Below, piece after piece: positions 11,651 through 24,484 of a DNA stretch of 64,000 nt. Source of the DNA: Entomortierella parvispora E1425 (taxonomy: Eukaryota; Fungi; Mortierellomycota); NCBI GenBank assembly GCA_020891255.1, contig BQFW01000001.1:558001-622000 (forward strand). The letters are read 5' to 3'. Numbering within the stretch: the stretch's first letter is position 1; the number at the start of each line of letters is the position of its first letter. The notes beneath the pieces are model-generated. The model saw only the letters and a program-made list of their open reading frames with translations. It made no database searches and had not been told where the DNA came from. Both the position numbers and the translations under genes were made by a program.

Positions 11651-13349
11651 GAGATGGAATGGAAGCATGGGGAGAATGAACACCGAAGTCGACGCGCTTC
11701 GCCCAAAGATCAAAGAAAAGAGCCCATTTTTTTGTCCTCTGGCACACACACCTTGCCCTCGATATTTGTTGAGGGCAGCCAGCTCTGGTATTGCATGTCC
11801 ATTGGCCCGAAGAACTTCTCACTTTGACGTCCTGCATGGACAATCAAGGGTTTAACAACAGAGTCTTTCTCGTGTTTTTTACTTAGTGCTTGCCATCTTT
11901 TTTCCTCTCTCCGATCGCAACAGAGTGCCCAAGTTCAATTAGGTGCTAAAGTAAGATTGATTGCCACTACGATACAAAAAGCACCCTAGCAAGCCTCTGA
12001 CTAACCTTTATCCAACTGTGACCTATGAGGATAGAATGGATGAACCGATTCGCGAAAGTATCTCTGTAAAGTGAACGATATGCCGACCACGCCTTCAATA
12101 AACACTACGGGTCCAACTGTACTGGCGTAAACGCTAAGCAAGGCGTACGATCAAAAAAGCCAGTGGACTTGTCCAGATTGTCTTGGCGCCAAATGACAGA
12201 TGGTAATGATAGTGTCGACAACTAGTGGCGGCACAAGTGGCGCGCAAGAAGATCGATCCCTCGAAGTTGTTGGATCAAACATTTTGTCCACTTCTAACAT
12301 GAAGAGCAGAATTCTTCACTGAGAATTTTTTTTCTTGCTGAGTGCATTCTTGAGTCTCGATATTGTAGCCTATCCCTCGCTTGAGACGGATAGTGAATGG
12401 AGAGGAAAGGTGAATTCATGCTTGACCATAATGAGCGCGGTCGTGATCGCGATGCGTGAGATTGGTGAGGCCGCCTCATCCTCTCTCGTACTCCAATCAT
12501 AGGAAGGATGTAGAGAATGCAGGTTCGAGATCAGAGATTTGGGCAATTTGGTGCGGACTCCTTTCTGCATCGCCATCAGTTGCTCCTGCGTCTATCGTAG
12601 AAGTTTCAGCATTGTTGGCCATGTCTGCTTCATCTCTTCCTGGTCATCCAGATTATCGATGATCGGGAAGTTGGGGCTATTGACTGTATTTTCCATAATG
12701 TGCGGGCCACGTATCCTCCTTGTCGACCTCCCTAAGAAAGACAGAAAAACTCGTGAGATGATATGAGGCTCATGTGAGGTTCTTCAAGGCAAGATTCTTT
12801 GAGGGATCCAAGTCTAGAGCAGTAAGCGATCCGCAAAAATCTTCGGGATAGGTAAATGAGATCAGGCCACTTACTATGTCAAGTTTCTGGGGATGATGAA
12901 GGGGTCTTGCTCAGGACCTTTTCAGAGACGGCATCATTGAACTCCCTGAATTCAAGTGAATCTGGGCTTGAGTTCTAGTTGGTGCCTGTGTCCATGTCCA
13001 CGATATCTTTACTGGTGCCGAAAGTGAACGACTGATGAAAGAAATCGCTCATCCCGAGGTTCTGGTACAGTTGGAGGATGAGTACGCATGAAGGAGGGTG
13101 TATTGGGGCATGGGTAGGAAGATGAAGGACAGAAAGAGAACGTTGCCTCGAAACAGAAGGAAAAAAAAAGGGCGAGGTGATTGCAAGCAGGGGTCGCACC
13201 ATTTCAACTGGACCCCTTAACTGTTGCACTGCCCAGTGCCCAGTGCCCACTGTCCATCGACCATCTCGCGGTGAATCTCGGTCCTGTTTTACATCAATGC
13301 AAGCCCCCATGGACTCATTTCTTTGCCTTCTCTAACCGACCTCATTGCT

Positions 13350-15040
13350 ATGATTGCTAAGGATGTGCTCCCTGAGATTCTCCTTAGCATCGCCCTCATG
13401 CAGACCTCGCAGGATGTATCCGCGTGAACAAGGCATGGTACCAAGTGCTCGTGCCTCTTCTCTATCATTCCATCGATGAGACCATGATGCAAAAGCCATC
13501 GCCTGAAGCCCTAGATAAGTACATGCATCTGATTCGGGATGCCAGGCTCATCACTGAAGGCTCATACATGGAGCGCTTCACTCAATGTGACCCGGACAGG
13601 TCTTAGGCTCCCAGTCTTCAAAGACTTACCCTTATTCCCGATTTCGAAGCTTCGGACTTTACAGGACAGCGGAGCTGATCAACGCTTCGCCCACTCTCTT
13701 GAGTCTGACTGTGGGGGGAAACTACTCAATAGGGGAAGAATTCCCCTGGGAAGCAATTTTGGGCCACTGTCTACCCGGCTTGGAGGATCTCTGCCTAAGT
13801 CGCGCCTGTATCTCTTAGAGTACCTTGAGACTTGTCACAGCTCGCGGATCGACCTTGAGGCGCCTCGTTCTCGATAACTGTCAACGGCAATCGCTCGACT
13901 CTTTGACTCTTCAGGATTCTACCGTTGAAGACTTCTTGTTTTCGGATTTGATCAAACTTGCCGTCCAAGGACCTGGAATCGGGGTCGCTCTAGAAGTATG
14001 GCTGAAGAACTACCCCAAGCCTACGCACGTTACTTTGGGATGTTGACTCACTTTTGCCATTTTCTGGATTTGGACACACTTCTCTGGGTTTCAAAGCACC
14101 GCTTTCATGTCACATTCAGGACCTGACGCTGAGCGGCTCCAGTTAGGGTCTTTTGACGGACAAACGAATTACGAATTTCGCAAATATTGGACTCTTGCGC
14201 CTCTTTGACTCGCCTCGACATTCAACTTGCGGATTTTTGGGCCAGATCGTATTTTTCTCTGGAGCGGCACTTTCCGACACTGGAGACTCTGTGTCTTCAA
14301 TTCTGCGATAATGTGCAAAGCTGGATGATCCAAGGCGCCATGTCCTCATGTCCAAGATTGGTAGATTGGTATCGGTATCTGCACCGAGGGTAGACTCGTT
14401 TGATCTTGTGGATGAACCTCTGGCGGAAAGCTGTCGGAAAGCTGTGGCAAGTCTCTATTGGGAAAAGGCAGGACTCTGCGGATGCGACAAAGAGGAGGTG
14501 AGCCCTGAGGTTGAGGAACTATACCACAGTCGTGATCTCTCTAAAGTTCGCCCTTGGGTTTGTCTTGGACTAAGGTCGCTTAATGTGGGGATCGTAGAAG
14601 TACAGGATCAATGGCAGGAAGCTCTCTTCAGGCGGATCTCGACATTAACAGAGTTTGGAACATGGACTTTGCCCATTCCCAACCGATATAACGGAGACCG
14701 CAGTTTGTATTTTCGTTTGGAGTCTGGACTAGGAATTTTACAGCCACTTGAACACCTTCAGCATCTGTGGCTTTATGGAACACTTCAAAACATGAACGAC
14801 ATTGATGTTCAATGGATGTTGGATGCCTGGCCACGGCTCAAGATCTTGGGGGCCCGATTTCACCAGAACCAGAAAGAAAATATGAAGCTTGAGAAGCTTG
14901 TCAGAGATCAGTTATCAACACGCACGCGGACGATGCACGCTGAACTTCTAAAGCATAATAATATTGGAGCTGTGGCAAATCACTGTGCTGAGTATCCTTC
15001 CTTTTCTTTTTTTTCTTTGTCCCGTCTCTTTTGTACCTGA
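13350..15040 (+). pseudogene. Degenerate F-box/RNI-like (LRR) gene
   Basis: LPEILLSIA...RVNKAWYQVLVPLLY N-terminus and VQSWMIQGAMSSCPRL, PWVCLGLRSL, LESGLGIL..LEHL, DVQWMLDAWPRL blocks match the 44094-45622 gene; several frameshifts and stops. Confidence 0.7.
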
Positions 15041-15252
15041 ATTCATGACTGGTTTCTTGGCTGCAGGCACTGTAAGAGCTGGCTGTGGTGGAGATCCAAC
15101 ACGATATCCTTTCGGACCCCTTTTGTGCGCCTGACGCTTCTGATTTACAGTAGTAGTATCAACAAGGTGTTCGTTCGATGCTCGTAGTTTCGGGACGATC
15201 CTGGCTTTAAGAGAGGGATTTATTCCAAATTCTGTGCGTAGTCCATTATAGA

Positions 15253-15894
15253 CTACGAATGACTAATGTGCTTTAATACGAGGTCCACAAATCTGGCGTC
15301 GTCAATATTAAGGTGACAAACCGCTGGTTCCTTTGGATTCAACGCGTTTTCAATCGCTTCCCTGTTCGGATGAGGAGGAAGTTTCAATGGTATAGGAGCA
15401 GCTCCATCAATAAGTCCAATGATAATTTTAAAGTCGATGATTTCAGCCAAAGCTGGCGCCGGATTGAAGAACATGAAGATTTCGCTGTCTTCTGGCAAAT
15501 GTCCATTATGCTGTTTAAGGACATCTTCCTTGTACATCTGCTCCAAGCTCTTGATAAGGCTGGCATACTTCTTAAAGGAGCGGGATGCTCCTTGTATGTT
15601 GCCACCTAGGAAAAGGCGCATTCCATCAATAAAATTCACATATGCTCCGGATACAGCGGCTTTTGGAACGCAAACGTCGCGCCTGAATCCGACATTTTTG
15701 GCACTCGTGTCTGCGAGGTGTCTCGCTTGAGCGATTGTTGCAGGAGGAACACGCTGCAGGATTGCCTGCGAGCCCTGAAAGTCTCCGATCAACATCTTTT
15801 GAAAAGCGGCGCTCAAGTCTTGGTTGAAAGCATTAACTGCCGCGCACCCACACAAAAATAGAAGAGTGGAGCTCACAAGCTTATTCAACTTCAT
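15253..15894 (-). CDS. Predicted secreted protein of unknown function, 213 aa, intronless
   Basis: Uninterrupted ORF with signal-peptide-like N-terminus MKLNKLVSSTLLFLCGCAAVNA; no family recognised. Confidence 0.7.
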   Translation of the reverse strand: MKLNKLVSSTLLFLCGCAAVNAFNQDLSAAFQKMLIGDFQGSQAILQRVPPATIAQARHLADTSAKNVGFRRDVCVPKAAVSGAYVNFIDGMRLFLGGNIQGASRSFKKYASLIKSLEQMYKEDVLKQHNGHLPEDSEIFMFFNPAPALAEIIDFKIIIGLIDGAAPIPLKLPPHPNREAIENALNPKEPAVCHLNIDDARFVDLVLKHISHS

Positions 15895-17618
15895 CGACTA
15901 TTTTTCCGTGTGTATGTGAAAAGTACGGTGGTGTCAGCAATCGACCAATGGAGTATGACACTGTCAATGCCATCTATACAGTACTAAAAACGTAAACCAA
16001 GAGCAAATCTTACAAAATATGGCTCTTGAGAAATGGATTACGTGCCCGGTGAGTTGCTCAAATTTAACTACTAGGAAAGCTACTCAGGGGTCTTGCGCGG
16101 TAACTCTTGAGATGATTAATGTATAACACCAGTTCTTGTCGCGGTTTCAGGAGGTGTTAGGAGTGCTGACGCGAGTATGAAGGTTCGAGATAAGTGAAGA
16201 AATATGTCGGAGCAGACAATACAGACATGAAAGAGTGACTAAAAAGATGGAAATAGATGAAAGGGCGACTGAAGAGATGGTTTTTGCTTGCGCGTGGTTC
16301 CTATTTGCCCTTGATTTTTGTTTGCTCTTGATTTTTGCTTGCCCATAAGATTCCGATCCTTGAACTTCCCTGTTCTTGGAATTTCATGCATTTCTTTCTT
16401 TTCTCTTTTCCTTTCTAGTCTCCCTACCATCCCTCTCCTTTATTCCTTTGATCCTGCCATTTTATTTAGCCATGCCTGCCTTTGTTTCTCCCTTTTGTTG
16501 CCTTTTACTTCTCTGGTGTGGCCCCTCGAAGTTCTTTCTGGTTCTGTCTTGGGGCGTGGTGGCTCCTTAGTCCCTAAGTTTATCTCTAGTGTTGTCTCGG
16601 GTGTTGTCTCTTTCTTTCCCTGTCCTTGACTCACTGTTTCCCAATGACGGTTTCCACTTATGTTGTCTCCTGTGTTTTCTCTGGAATTGTATCAAGGACA
16701 TAGATAACAGGTGTGACAACGATGTTTTCAGGAGGGGAGTAGGTAAGGTACTAGACTAAGGTTTGAAGGTACTGCAGACTAAGGAGAAAGGTAATGAGGA
16801 TCTATTTGGTGTTTATACGAAAAGGGGAAGGAATGTTCGGTCCGAGAAGCAGGGTCTAGAACAGGACTACGGTAATACCGAGCTGGGGCTTGGCGCGCTG
16901 TTATCCTATGCAAAGGACAAAAGGGAAAGTCAAGGCGAGAACTCTTTCAGGCTGTGATGTCTGTGATGTATCTTTGGGCAATTCGATAGACAACAGAGCT
17001 TGGTGGTGCTTTTCAATGAAGGTAGTAAATCTTGGGGAAGATATATTCCTTTCCTTATCGCATTTGCTGCTCCAATGAAGTAAATGCGATTCGGCGAAGA
17101 ATGTCTCTTCCCTCCGACGATCAACAGATGTCAAGACAAGTCCGTGTTCCCGATGCGGTACAGCAGGTTTATGTCGCTTGTTTGCATGCCATCACTGCAG
17201 GTCGTTCGAAAAATGAAAAAAAAAAAAAAAAAAAAAAAAAACGATGTTCGCGAAATGAAAAATTGCATCTCTCGCGACGAGATGAAAATTACCTTTCATC
17301 GTACTTACTACTCTGCAGCAAATACGATTTTAGGTAGAAAATCTTCCTGAAATCGCAATTGCTGCGTCACCAAGTTGGGTGCGTTGCAAAAAAAAAAAAA
17401 AATCATTCCACTCACGGCGTCGAGAGAAAAGTGCGACGTGCTGTTTTGGACTACCAGGACGAATGGTGCTGGTGAGAAAGTAATGTGTGCAGGATGAATG
17501 TGACAGAGATGGAGGTCAGAGTGTGTTGATGCGGCAGCATGTCAGGTCCTGCAGGGTGTGTCCTGTGCAGATGATCTCAGATGGTAGCTCCATTAGTGAC
17601 TGAAAGGAACGAGTTTCC

Positions 17619-17706
17619 CCCTCCTCCTCCTCCTCCTCCTCCTCCTCCTCCTCCTCCTCCTCCTCCTCCTCCTCCTCCTCCTCGTCGTCGTCGTCGTCGT
17701 CGTCGT
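17619..17706. repeat. Compound microsatellite (CCT)n followed by (CGT)n
   Basis: Direct reading of the sequence. Confidence 0.95.
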
Positions 17707-17742
17707 CCCCTGCCTCATCCCTCTGTCCTGTCTCTCATGCTA

Positions 17743-18200
17743 ATGGAATTACCATCTGAGATCATCATCTGCATCGGTCATTTTCTTTCCCTGCAGGACC
17801 TGACCTTGTTGCATCCGCGTCAACAAGACATGGCACCTGCATCTTTTGCCTGCGCTGTTTCGGTCTGTCCACGAACGCATCAAGCAAAAGCCCCTAATTA
17901 CCTCTCTCAGCAGGTGCATGAATCTAATTTAGGACGCCTGGGTCATTGCCGAAGGTCCATACATGAACCTGTTTAACCTCGAGGGAGCATGCTCAACTTG
18001 AATCGTCTCTGCTTGTCCGTCAATACAGCGCTGTCTTTACTCAGGCAACGAGTGATCTCTTCAGGCTAACTCCGCGTCTCTCAAGTCTGTCAGTCATCGG
18101 CACCGTTGGAACAGATAGGAGCATTCCCATTCAGTCCACACCTATTCAAATTCAAGGACCTGCATGCTTGCATCTTCTCTGTTGCACCATTGCACAGGGC
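17743..18200 (+). pseudogene. 5' fragment of an F-box gene, frameshifted and truncated
   Basis: MELPSEIIICIGHFLSLQDLT then, in a shifted frame, IRVNKTWH; matches MNVPPELLTCIGKFLTHQDLTCSIRVNKTWH at 45622. Confidence 0.65.
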
Positions 18201-18375
18201 TTGAATTTGAATAGGGAAATAGAGCGAACAGCTGAATTGGCCAATAGAAATGCAAGTTCACCTATCAGTTCCGCATCGACTGAAATTTTTCACTCGATGT
18301 GGGTGTGGACTGTATGACCTTTTTTTTTGTTTTTCTCATACTGTACTACACAATGGTTGTAAATTGTGGACTAGA

Positions 18376-18491
18376 CTATTTGTCGGCCCGTCCGACAATT
18401 CTTATTTGTCGGCTCATTGCTCTTATTTGTCGGCTGCTCCCCCTTATTTGTCGGCTGCTCCCGTATATGTCGGTCGCTTTATTTAAGTTAA
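18376..18491 (+). repeat. Left inverted repeat (putative TIR) with five (t)atttgtcgg-type motifs
   Basis: ctatttgtcggcccgtccgacaa...tttaagttaa is the reverse complement of 32582-32706. Confidence 0.85.
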
Positions 18492-19537
18492 ATTGAGCCC
18501 CACTTAACTACAAATATTCTAGAGAACAAAAGTTGAAAGTGTAGTTGGATAGAAGTTGGAATCAAAAAGAGGTTGATGTTAAATAGCTGGACACGCGTAC
18601 TGATCCAGTTACAAGGCCCTCAGAGAAGGGATCATCAGCTTTGGACGAATATGAAAAGACGTTTTCACTCTCGAACTAAGAAAAATCATGACAAGTACGG
18701 ATGTGAGCGTGGCGAGATTTTGACAAGGTCATCGTATTTGCAGCTCTTTCGCTTGTTCATCATTTTAGCCAGTTGAAGCTCGGTTAGTACCAAAAAGAAG
18801 CATCTAAAAATGATGCAGTCTATCACTAAAAGAGACCTTTGGATTCTCAATACGGTATCTCTTGTAGGGAAGGTGTCTTCCTCATCATCTTTGTTTTCTT
18901 TGAACTGCTAAACTGCATTCTAGACGTTTGGGATTTGGGAAGCGAATTCTCATTTTCAAAGTACGCGAAGGCTGTTGAAAGCCATGCCATTGTCCTTCAC
19001 TAATATCATATCCATTGACTACTGCCGTAGTATCTGCAATTGACCCAGAAGGCACACTTGTATGATGAACAAGGTGCAAAACTACAGCCAAGGTTGTTTG
19101 GATCTGCCTCTAAGCCAACACTACCCTGGTGTAAAAGGGTGCAATGGGAGAAAGATAGGGGAAAGTTGTCTTTGTCACATACTTCTTTCCTACTATTTCT
19201 TCGCTGCTGCTTCTGCTACATGGACACTGGTTCCATACGAGCAGGCGAGAAAACTTCAGGAAAACCCGGAAGAGAACCAAAAAAAAAAAAACAGAAACCA
19301 TCTATTTGCGAATATGACCACGCCAGGTTCGAACGACAAAGAGAGAGGGCTCGACCTCGACGAGAGCGCCTTCGGAGCGGCTAGCCCGTCTTTCCCTCCT
19401 CATGGTCCAGGCACGGGGCGGCTCGGGGCCGCTGCACCACCAGGGCATCTTTCGACTATAGTCACGTGACCACGCGATGCAGCCCTCCAACACAACAATT
19501 GGTTTCATTTTATTACGAATCCATCACTCACAACGAG

Positions 19538-21098
19538 ATGTCTCAAAAACGAAATCCATCCCCACAACCTGCTTCTGCGACGCTCTCGAGAGAACAGACT
19601 GTCCATCTGAAGCACTACCGGAATATATTTGAGGATCCTGAAGATGTCGATTCACTCCAGTCCGGTAGGGTTCTTTCAGTGGAAGACAGCATTCGGGAAG
19701 GTAATTAATTGAGTCAATTGAGATTCCTTTGCTCTCCTGGCATTTCACTGAACTACCCTTTTCCTCATTTAGCTGACCTCTCAACTGAAATGCCTGCCAC
19801 TGGGTCAAAGAGGTACTGTGGACTAAAAGCCCTTCCCAGTGGTGGAAACCAACGGAGGATATTCTTGGCCGTCCAATTCCTTGTTCAGCGACTCCAACAA
19901 TTCTGTGCTAGTGCGCAGGATGAACTGAGAGGCATGAGTCTGACGAGAGGCGGCGAATTGTATACCCAGCTTTCTACAGAGCTAGAGCGTGCCGAGCCGA
20001 GTCTGAGAGGCGTTACAGCAGGTGCCCTATATTCGGCTGTTGGCAGACTCTGTGCTGACTACAACGCCTATGAGAAATTAGCCACTTCCGCGACTGGGGT
20101 GGATCTCGCATTCTCAACTCGGTTGTTGGAGCTCTGTCGTCTTTTGCGCGATTACGACCGAACTTTATTAAGGATCAAGCAGGAAACATCGGAACTCACG
20201 GCGGAAGAGAGGGCGCGCGTGGCATCTCCCGCAACAGCAACCCGACAGAATCTTGTCACAGAGGATCGCAGACGGAGAATCAAGAAACTAAGATTTGATG
20301 ATACTGTATCGCGCGGCAGTGAAGACGATGACAACGACGATGAGCCGGAAGACGAGGAAGAAGAGAATGAGGATGAGGATGGACATTCAGCGGGCGAACA
20401 ATATGATAGCGAAACACGAAGCTCCAATAGGGCCGACGTCACGCATGTTCGAGCTGCCCCAGGCGATACGAAAAGTCATCGTGGAGTTGCTTTGCCCATT
20501 CATCAGCAGCAACAAGAGCTACTCTACCCTCCAGCTACGTTGTCAGCCATGGTACCTTCGCCCAAACACCGCTCTGTGACACCACCTCGGAGCACAAAAA
20601 CAACAAAAGACAATGCGGATGCCTCGGGGATTTGCGAAGGAGCAAAGGAGAATAGCGGACGAAGTGCAGTCAATAAGACAGGTCGTAGCGATTGAGACTA
20701 CCGCTAGAATTAAGGAACTTAGAAGGAACATGACAGACAACACAACCATCATTGAAGATCTCGGCAGGAACACAGTATCCAAGATCGACGATTTGAATAG
20801 GAGTATCGACGATTTGAATAGGAATATCGACGATTTGAATAGGAATACCGTTGCTGTCATTTCAGTGCTGTCGGATTTGAGGTCAGAAATGCATGGAACG
20901 TTTCTCACATTCAGAAATGAAATCCGTGATTTACAGGATATTGTATGGAAATCTTACTCAAGGACTTCTGGCCTACCTCAGCCTCAGCCTCACTCGACCT
21001 CCATACAATGGCCTCCAATGCTGGCGCGCCCTCAGACAACATTTCAACCCAGTATATCTCTGGCCACAGCCGCAGCACCACGGCGACCAGAAAGCTAG
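19538..21098 (+). CDS. Harbinger-associated Myb/SANT-like ORF with acidic tract and C-terminal coiled coil
   Basis: Intron 19701-19772 (GT..AG, joins in frame); LCADYNAYEKLATSATGVDLAFSTRLLEL resembles the SG-x-D/E motif of Harbinger ORF1 proteins; one frameshift near 20620; tail-to-tail with the transposase; may start earlier at 19314. Confidence 0.5.
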
Positions 21099-21121
21099 CG
21101 ACCATGCAGTGATACAATTTA

Positions 21122-22162
21122 TTACAATAAATCTTGACTTGGAAGGGATTCTGGCATCCACTGGTGTTTTGGAGTAAGGTAATTTTCAAGAGTTGGCGGA
21201 TCCATCCCGAAATACGAGGTGACGCTGTTCCCTCTACGAATGCAAGTGAGAATATTGGCGAACAGAGCAGACACGATGTAGTACTTAGTCTGTCTCATTT
21301 TCAGAATGTTACTATGGGCCAACCAGCTCCAGTTATTGTCAATGAAGTCAAATCCTTTGTCAGCACAAAGAAGGGGACGTCTCATGGATAAGTTGAAGCG
21401 GATCTCGGACTTGCTGAGGACTGGACCGCGATATGGACGACAAACTTGAAAGCAATCAGGATAATTCCCATCACCATAAATGACCATCGGAGCGCCAAGA
21501 GTGTTATGACAGTGGGCATTCAAAATGATTGGAAGACAAGACTTGGTCAAAGTGACCGTGTCAGCTTCTGCTCCCGGATGAGGACCGCTCAAATGGGCAA
21601 TTATACCATCTGGACAGCAAACCGACTGATATTTCATTGAGTGCATCTGTTTCTGGGTAGAATATGTCAGGTTTGGCCTTTCCTTAGGTCGGCAGATCTC
21701 AATATGAGTCCAGGAAACAAATCCCCAGCAGTTTGTCAGCCTCCCTTTCATAAACTGAACTCGCGCTGCTAAACCCTCCAGATATTCATCTCGTAGGCGG
21801 GTGTGGTCAAACTCCAAAAGATGCTTCCATTCGGAAAGGATGTACTCGTTAATGGTCTTGATTGCGTGCGACACAAAAGGAGAATCACGAGAAAAGAGAG
21901 CGGCCATATCCTTGATAAGATGAGGATAACTCAATCGAAAGCAAAGCATGCATAGCGCCTGCAGTCTTGGAACGATCGCTCCATTTGACAACTTTAAGGT
22001 TATTGGAAGAGCCAAGGCATTAGCAACCTAGAGGAGCTCAGTCCAAGTGAACCGATACGTCTTTTCAGGGCAGAGAGCTAACCAGGGAGCATCAAAAGGG
22101 AGGTCGTAGGCCAATGCAACATGGCGGCTAAGCTCGGCAAAGAAAGGGTGATCCTCGTCCAT
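21122..22162 (-). CDS. PIF/Harbinger (DDE_Tnp_4, HARBI1-like) transposase homologue lacking canonical catalytic residues; one in-frame stop at 22028-22030
   Basis: ALCMLCFRLSYP, HLLEFD, NCWGF, ICRP, KYQSVCCPDGIIAHLSGP, IYGD, GNSVTSYFGMDPPTLENYL; ATG 22162 is in frame. Confidence 0.8.
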
Positions 22163-22621
22163 CTACTGTCCAATAAAAAAAAGGAAGTTAGAGCAATTGA
22201 GAGTGAGTTCCACGGACAAGAGGTGTACTTAACTCACCTGAAGATTCACAGTAATGGGGTTGATTGTAACTAGGTAAGGCAGGTGCAGATAATAGTAGTA
22301 GAAAAGACGAAAGTATGTGCCGTATTTATTGCTCAGCGGAATGTTTCTTTTTGGGCAAGAACTTGAACACGAGAAATAAATTCAAGAGTGAAGTGCGAAA
22401 GTAGGCACCTTCGACTCAAAAACGAGAAGAAGGTTCAGGGGCTCAGGGGTAATTTCTTGTGAGCACCGTGAGAATCGGCCAAAAATCAGTACTTGACGTT
22501 TTTTTTGTGGCAGCCGTTACGCGTTTAAGGCACTAAAAGGCCTTGCGGCCAACTGAACCTCCACCACCACCTCTTATCTCCCTTAACCACCAAATACCCT
22601 TTTGCTTGGAAACCTCACCTC

Positions 22622-24452
22622 ATGTCGCTCCCTGAAAGCCATGTTAACGGCTCGCTCGAGCTTCTCGACGACGCGGATCTTCTTGAATTCTGGTGGCAGA
22701 GACATCTCACGGGCTGGGAGTTAATCCATATGGAGTTCCCACCTGTCCTTACGAAAGTCACTCCCACGTTCTTCACCAACGAAGAGCGACTTGCGACCTA
22801 CTTCGACGAGCTTCAAGTGACACTATCTGACCTGAGTATCAACAGGCCGATCCCTCACCCAGCATCAGTCGCGGCCGCGATAGAACTGATTAGTAACGAT
22901 TCTCGACCGGGTGTCGTACTTATTGGCAAGGTGGGATTCGTCTCCTTTCCCGCCCTTCAGGCCATGAAGCAAATCCATGACCTAATGGATATGTCAGCTT
23001 TGCTTCGTGATATGTTGACTTGGTTAAATGGCCCTGTTAAGATCGGAGCGGAAGTCGTTCGGAAAATGAGGTCCATTCTTCTTCAGAGTCCCAACATTTT
23101 GGGGTGAGTTATACTGTACATCCATAATCCCTGGCCATGGCAGTTTGTTTTTAACACATCTAATCTGGCCGTTTTTATCCTTAGACACGGCTTTAAGGCT
23201 TACAATGGTACCGTCACCAGTATCACCGACCTCCTCCAGCTTAGGCACGAAGAGTGGCTGTCGGGACAAGTCATTGACGCGGTTATGAAAGAGTTTGCAG
23301 CTCAAACCAGCGGCGATGATATCTTCGTTCCTTCGACAGCCCTTCGTATTAATCTGAATGTCCATGAGCGGGAGCAACAAAAGAAGCAGTGGGACTACAT
23401 CAAGACCGCCATCCTTCATTGCGCCATTGCCGAAAGGAAGGCATTTGCGATTGTCAACATTGGACGCCATTGGGCTCCTGTGGTCATCGACTTTGCCGCC
23501 AAACGAACGTCCTTCGGCCACTCGCTGGATGGGGGACAATCGGATAAATTAGGTGAGGAGGTTGGTCGCACCATTGCCAGGATGTTGAAACATTGCATGG
23601 TGCCAGAATATACGGCATTCAAGAAAGTCCATGAATTGGAGGTACCCCAACAAGGCATCGATGGAGGTCCTGTGGTGTCATTGCTCTTAATGTTATTGAG
23701 AGCGAGTGCCGGCCATTTCATCTCATAAAAGCCTGGACGGTGGCCACTAGCAAGAACCATCGGCTGTGGTATATGTATGTTCTGACCGGACAAGACTGGA
23801 CGAACAAAGTACGTATATGTTGCCGTTGATCACTTTCTACTGAGTCCAATTACTTACATACTGTCCAATTGTCCTTGCAGGGCGTGTCTTCCTTGTTTAT
23901 CGAGGACCCCACCCCTCCAGACCAGTCTCAACAGTCACCTTTTATCATCAGAAAATCTCACGGAATAACTCAGGTGACTCACAATACCGCCATAAAAAGG
24001 CGCGATGAAAGAGTTGCCGACAGAGTTGTCAATATCGCTTCCGATATCCCGGTTGTTCAAGGGAAGGGCGGGGATCATGACATCCCTGTTATTGAAGAGA
24101 AGGAGAAGGAGAAAAGAGAGGGAACCCCTGACATCCTTGATGCTCAGGATGGGGAAGACCTTTATATCTACTACGACCGATATCTCCTCAGCGATAATCG
24201 CTTTCATTGTCCATCGGAGGATTATGATGACGACCTTGATGACAACGACCATGATTACGACGATCGGGATCTTGAGGGCAATCTCTATTCCAACTATGAA
24301 AGCCCGTGTGGAGGGGAGGCTGATGCTCGTGAAGATGAGCGCGAACCCTGGTATGAAGAAGAATCCGATTGTGAGGACCACCAGGACTCCAAGAATTTCC
24401 AGGATACAGAACATGAAAGGGTTTTCGTTCCTATCGAGAAGGTTCGTTGCAC

Positions 24453-24484
<32 letters not shown>

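Noticed and set aside
12000-12960. Possible decayed minus-strand gene
   Set aside because: Multiple stops and no identifiable motif
17581-17976. Poly-Pro/poly-Arg protein
   Set aside because: The frame is produced by the microsatellite running into an F-box relic
18520-19130. Possible fourth cargo gene inside the inverted repeats (minus strand, CSSYKCAFWVNC)
   Set aside because: The frame is interrupted by several stops and the zinc-finger resemblance is too weak to call
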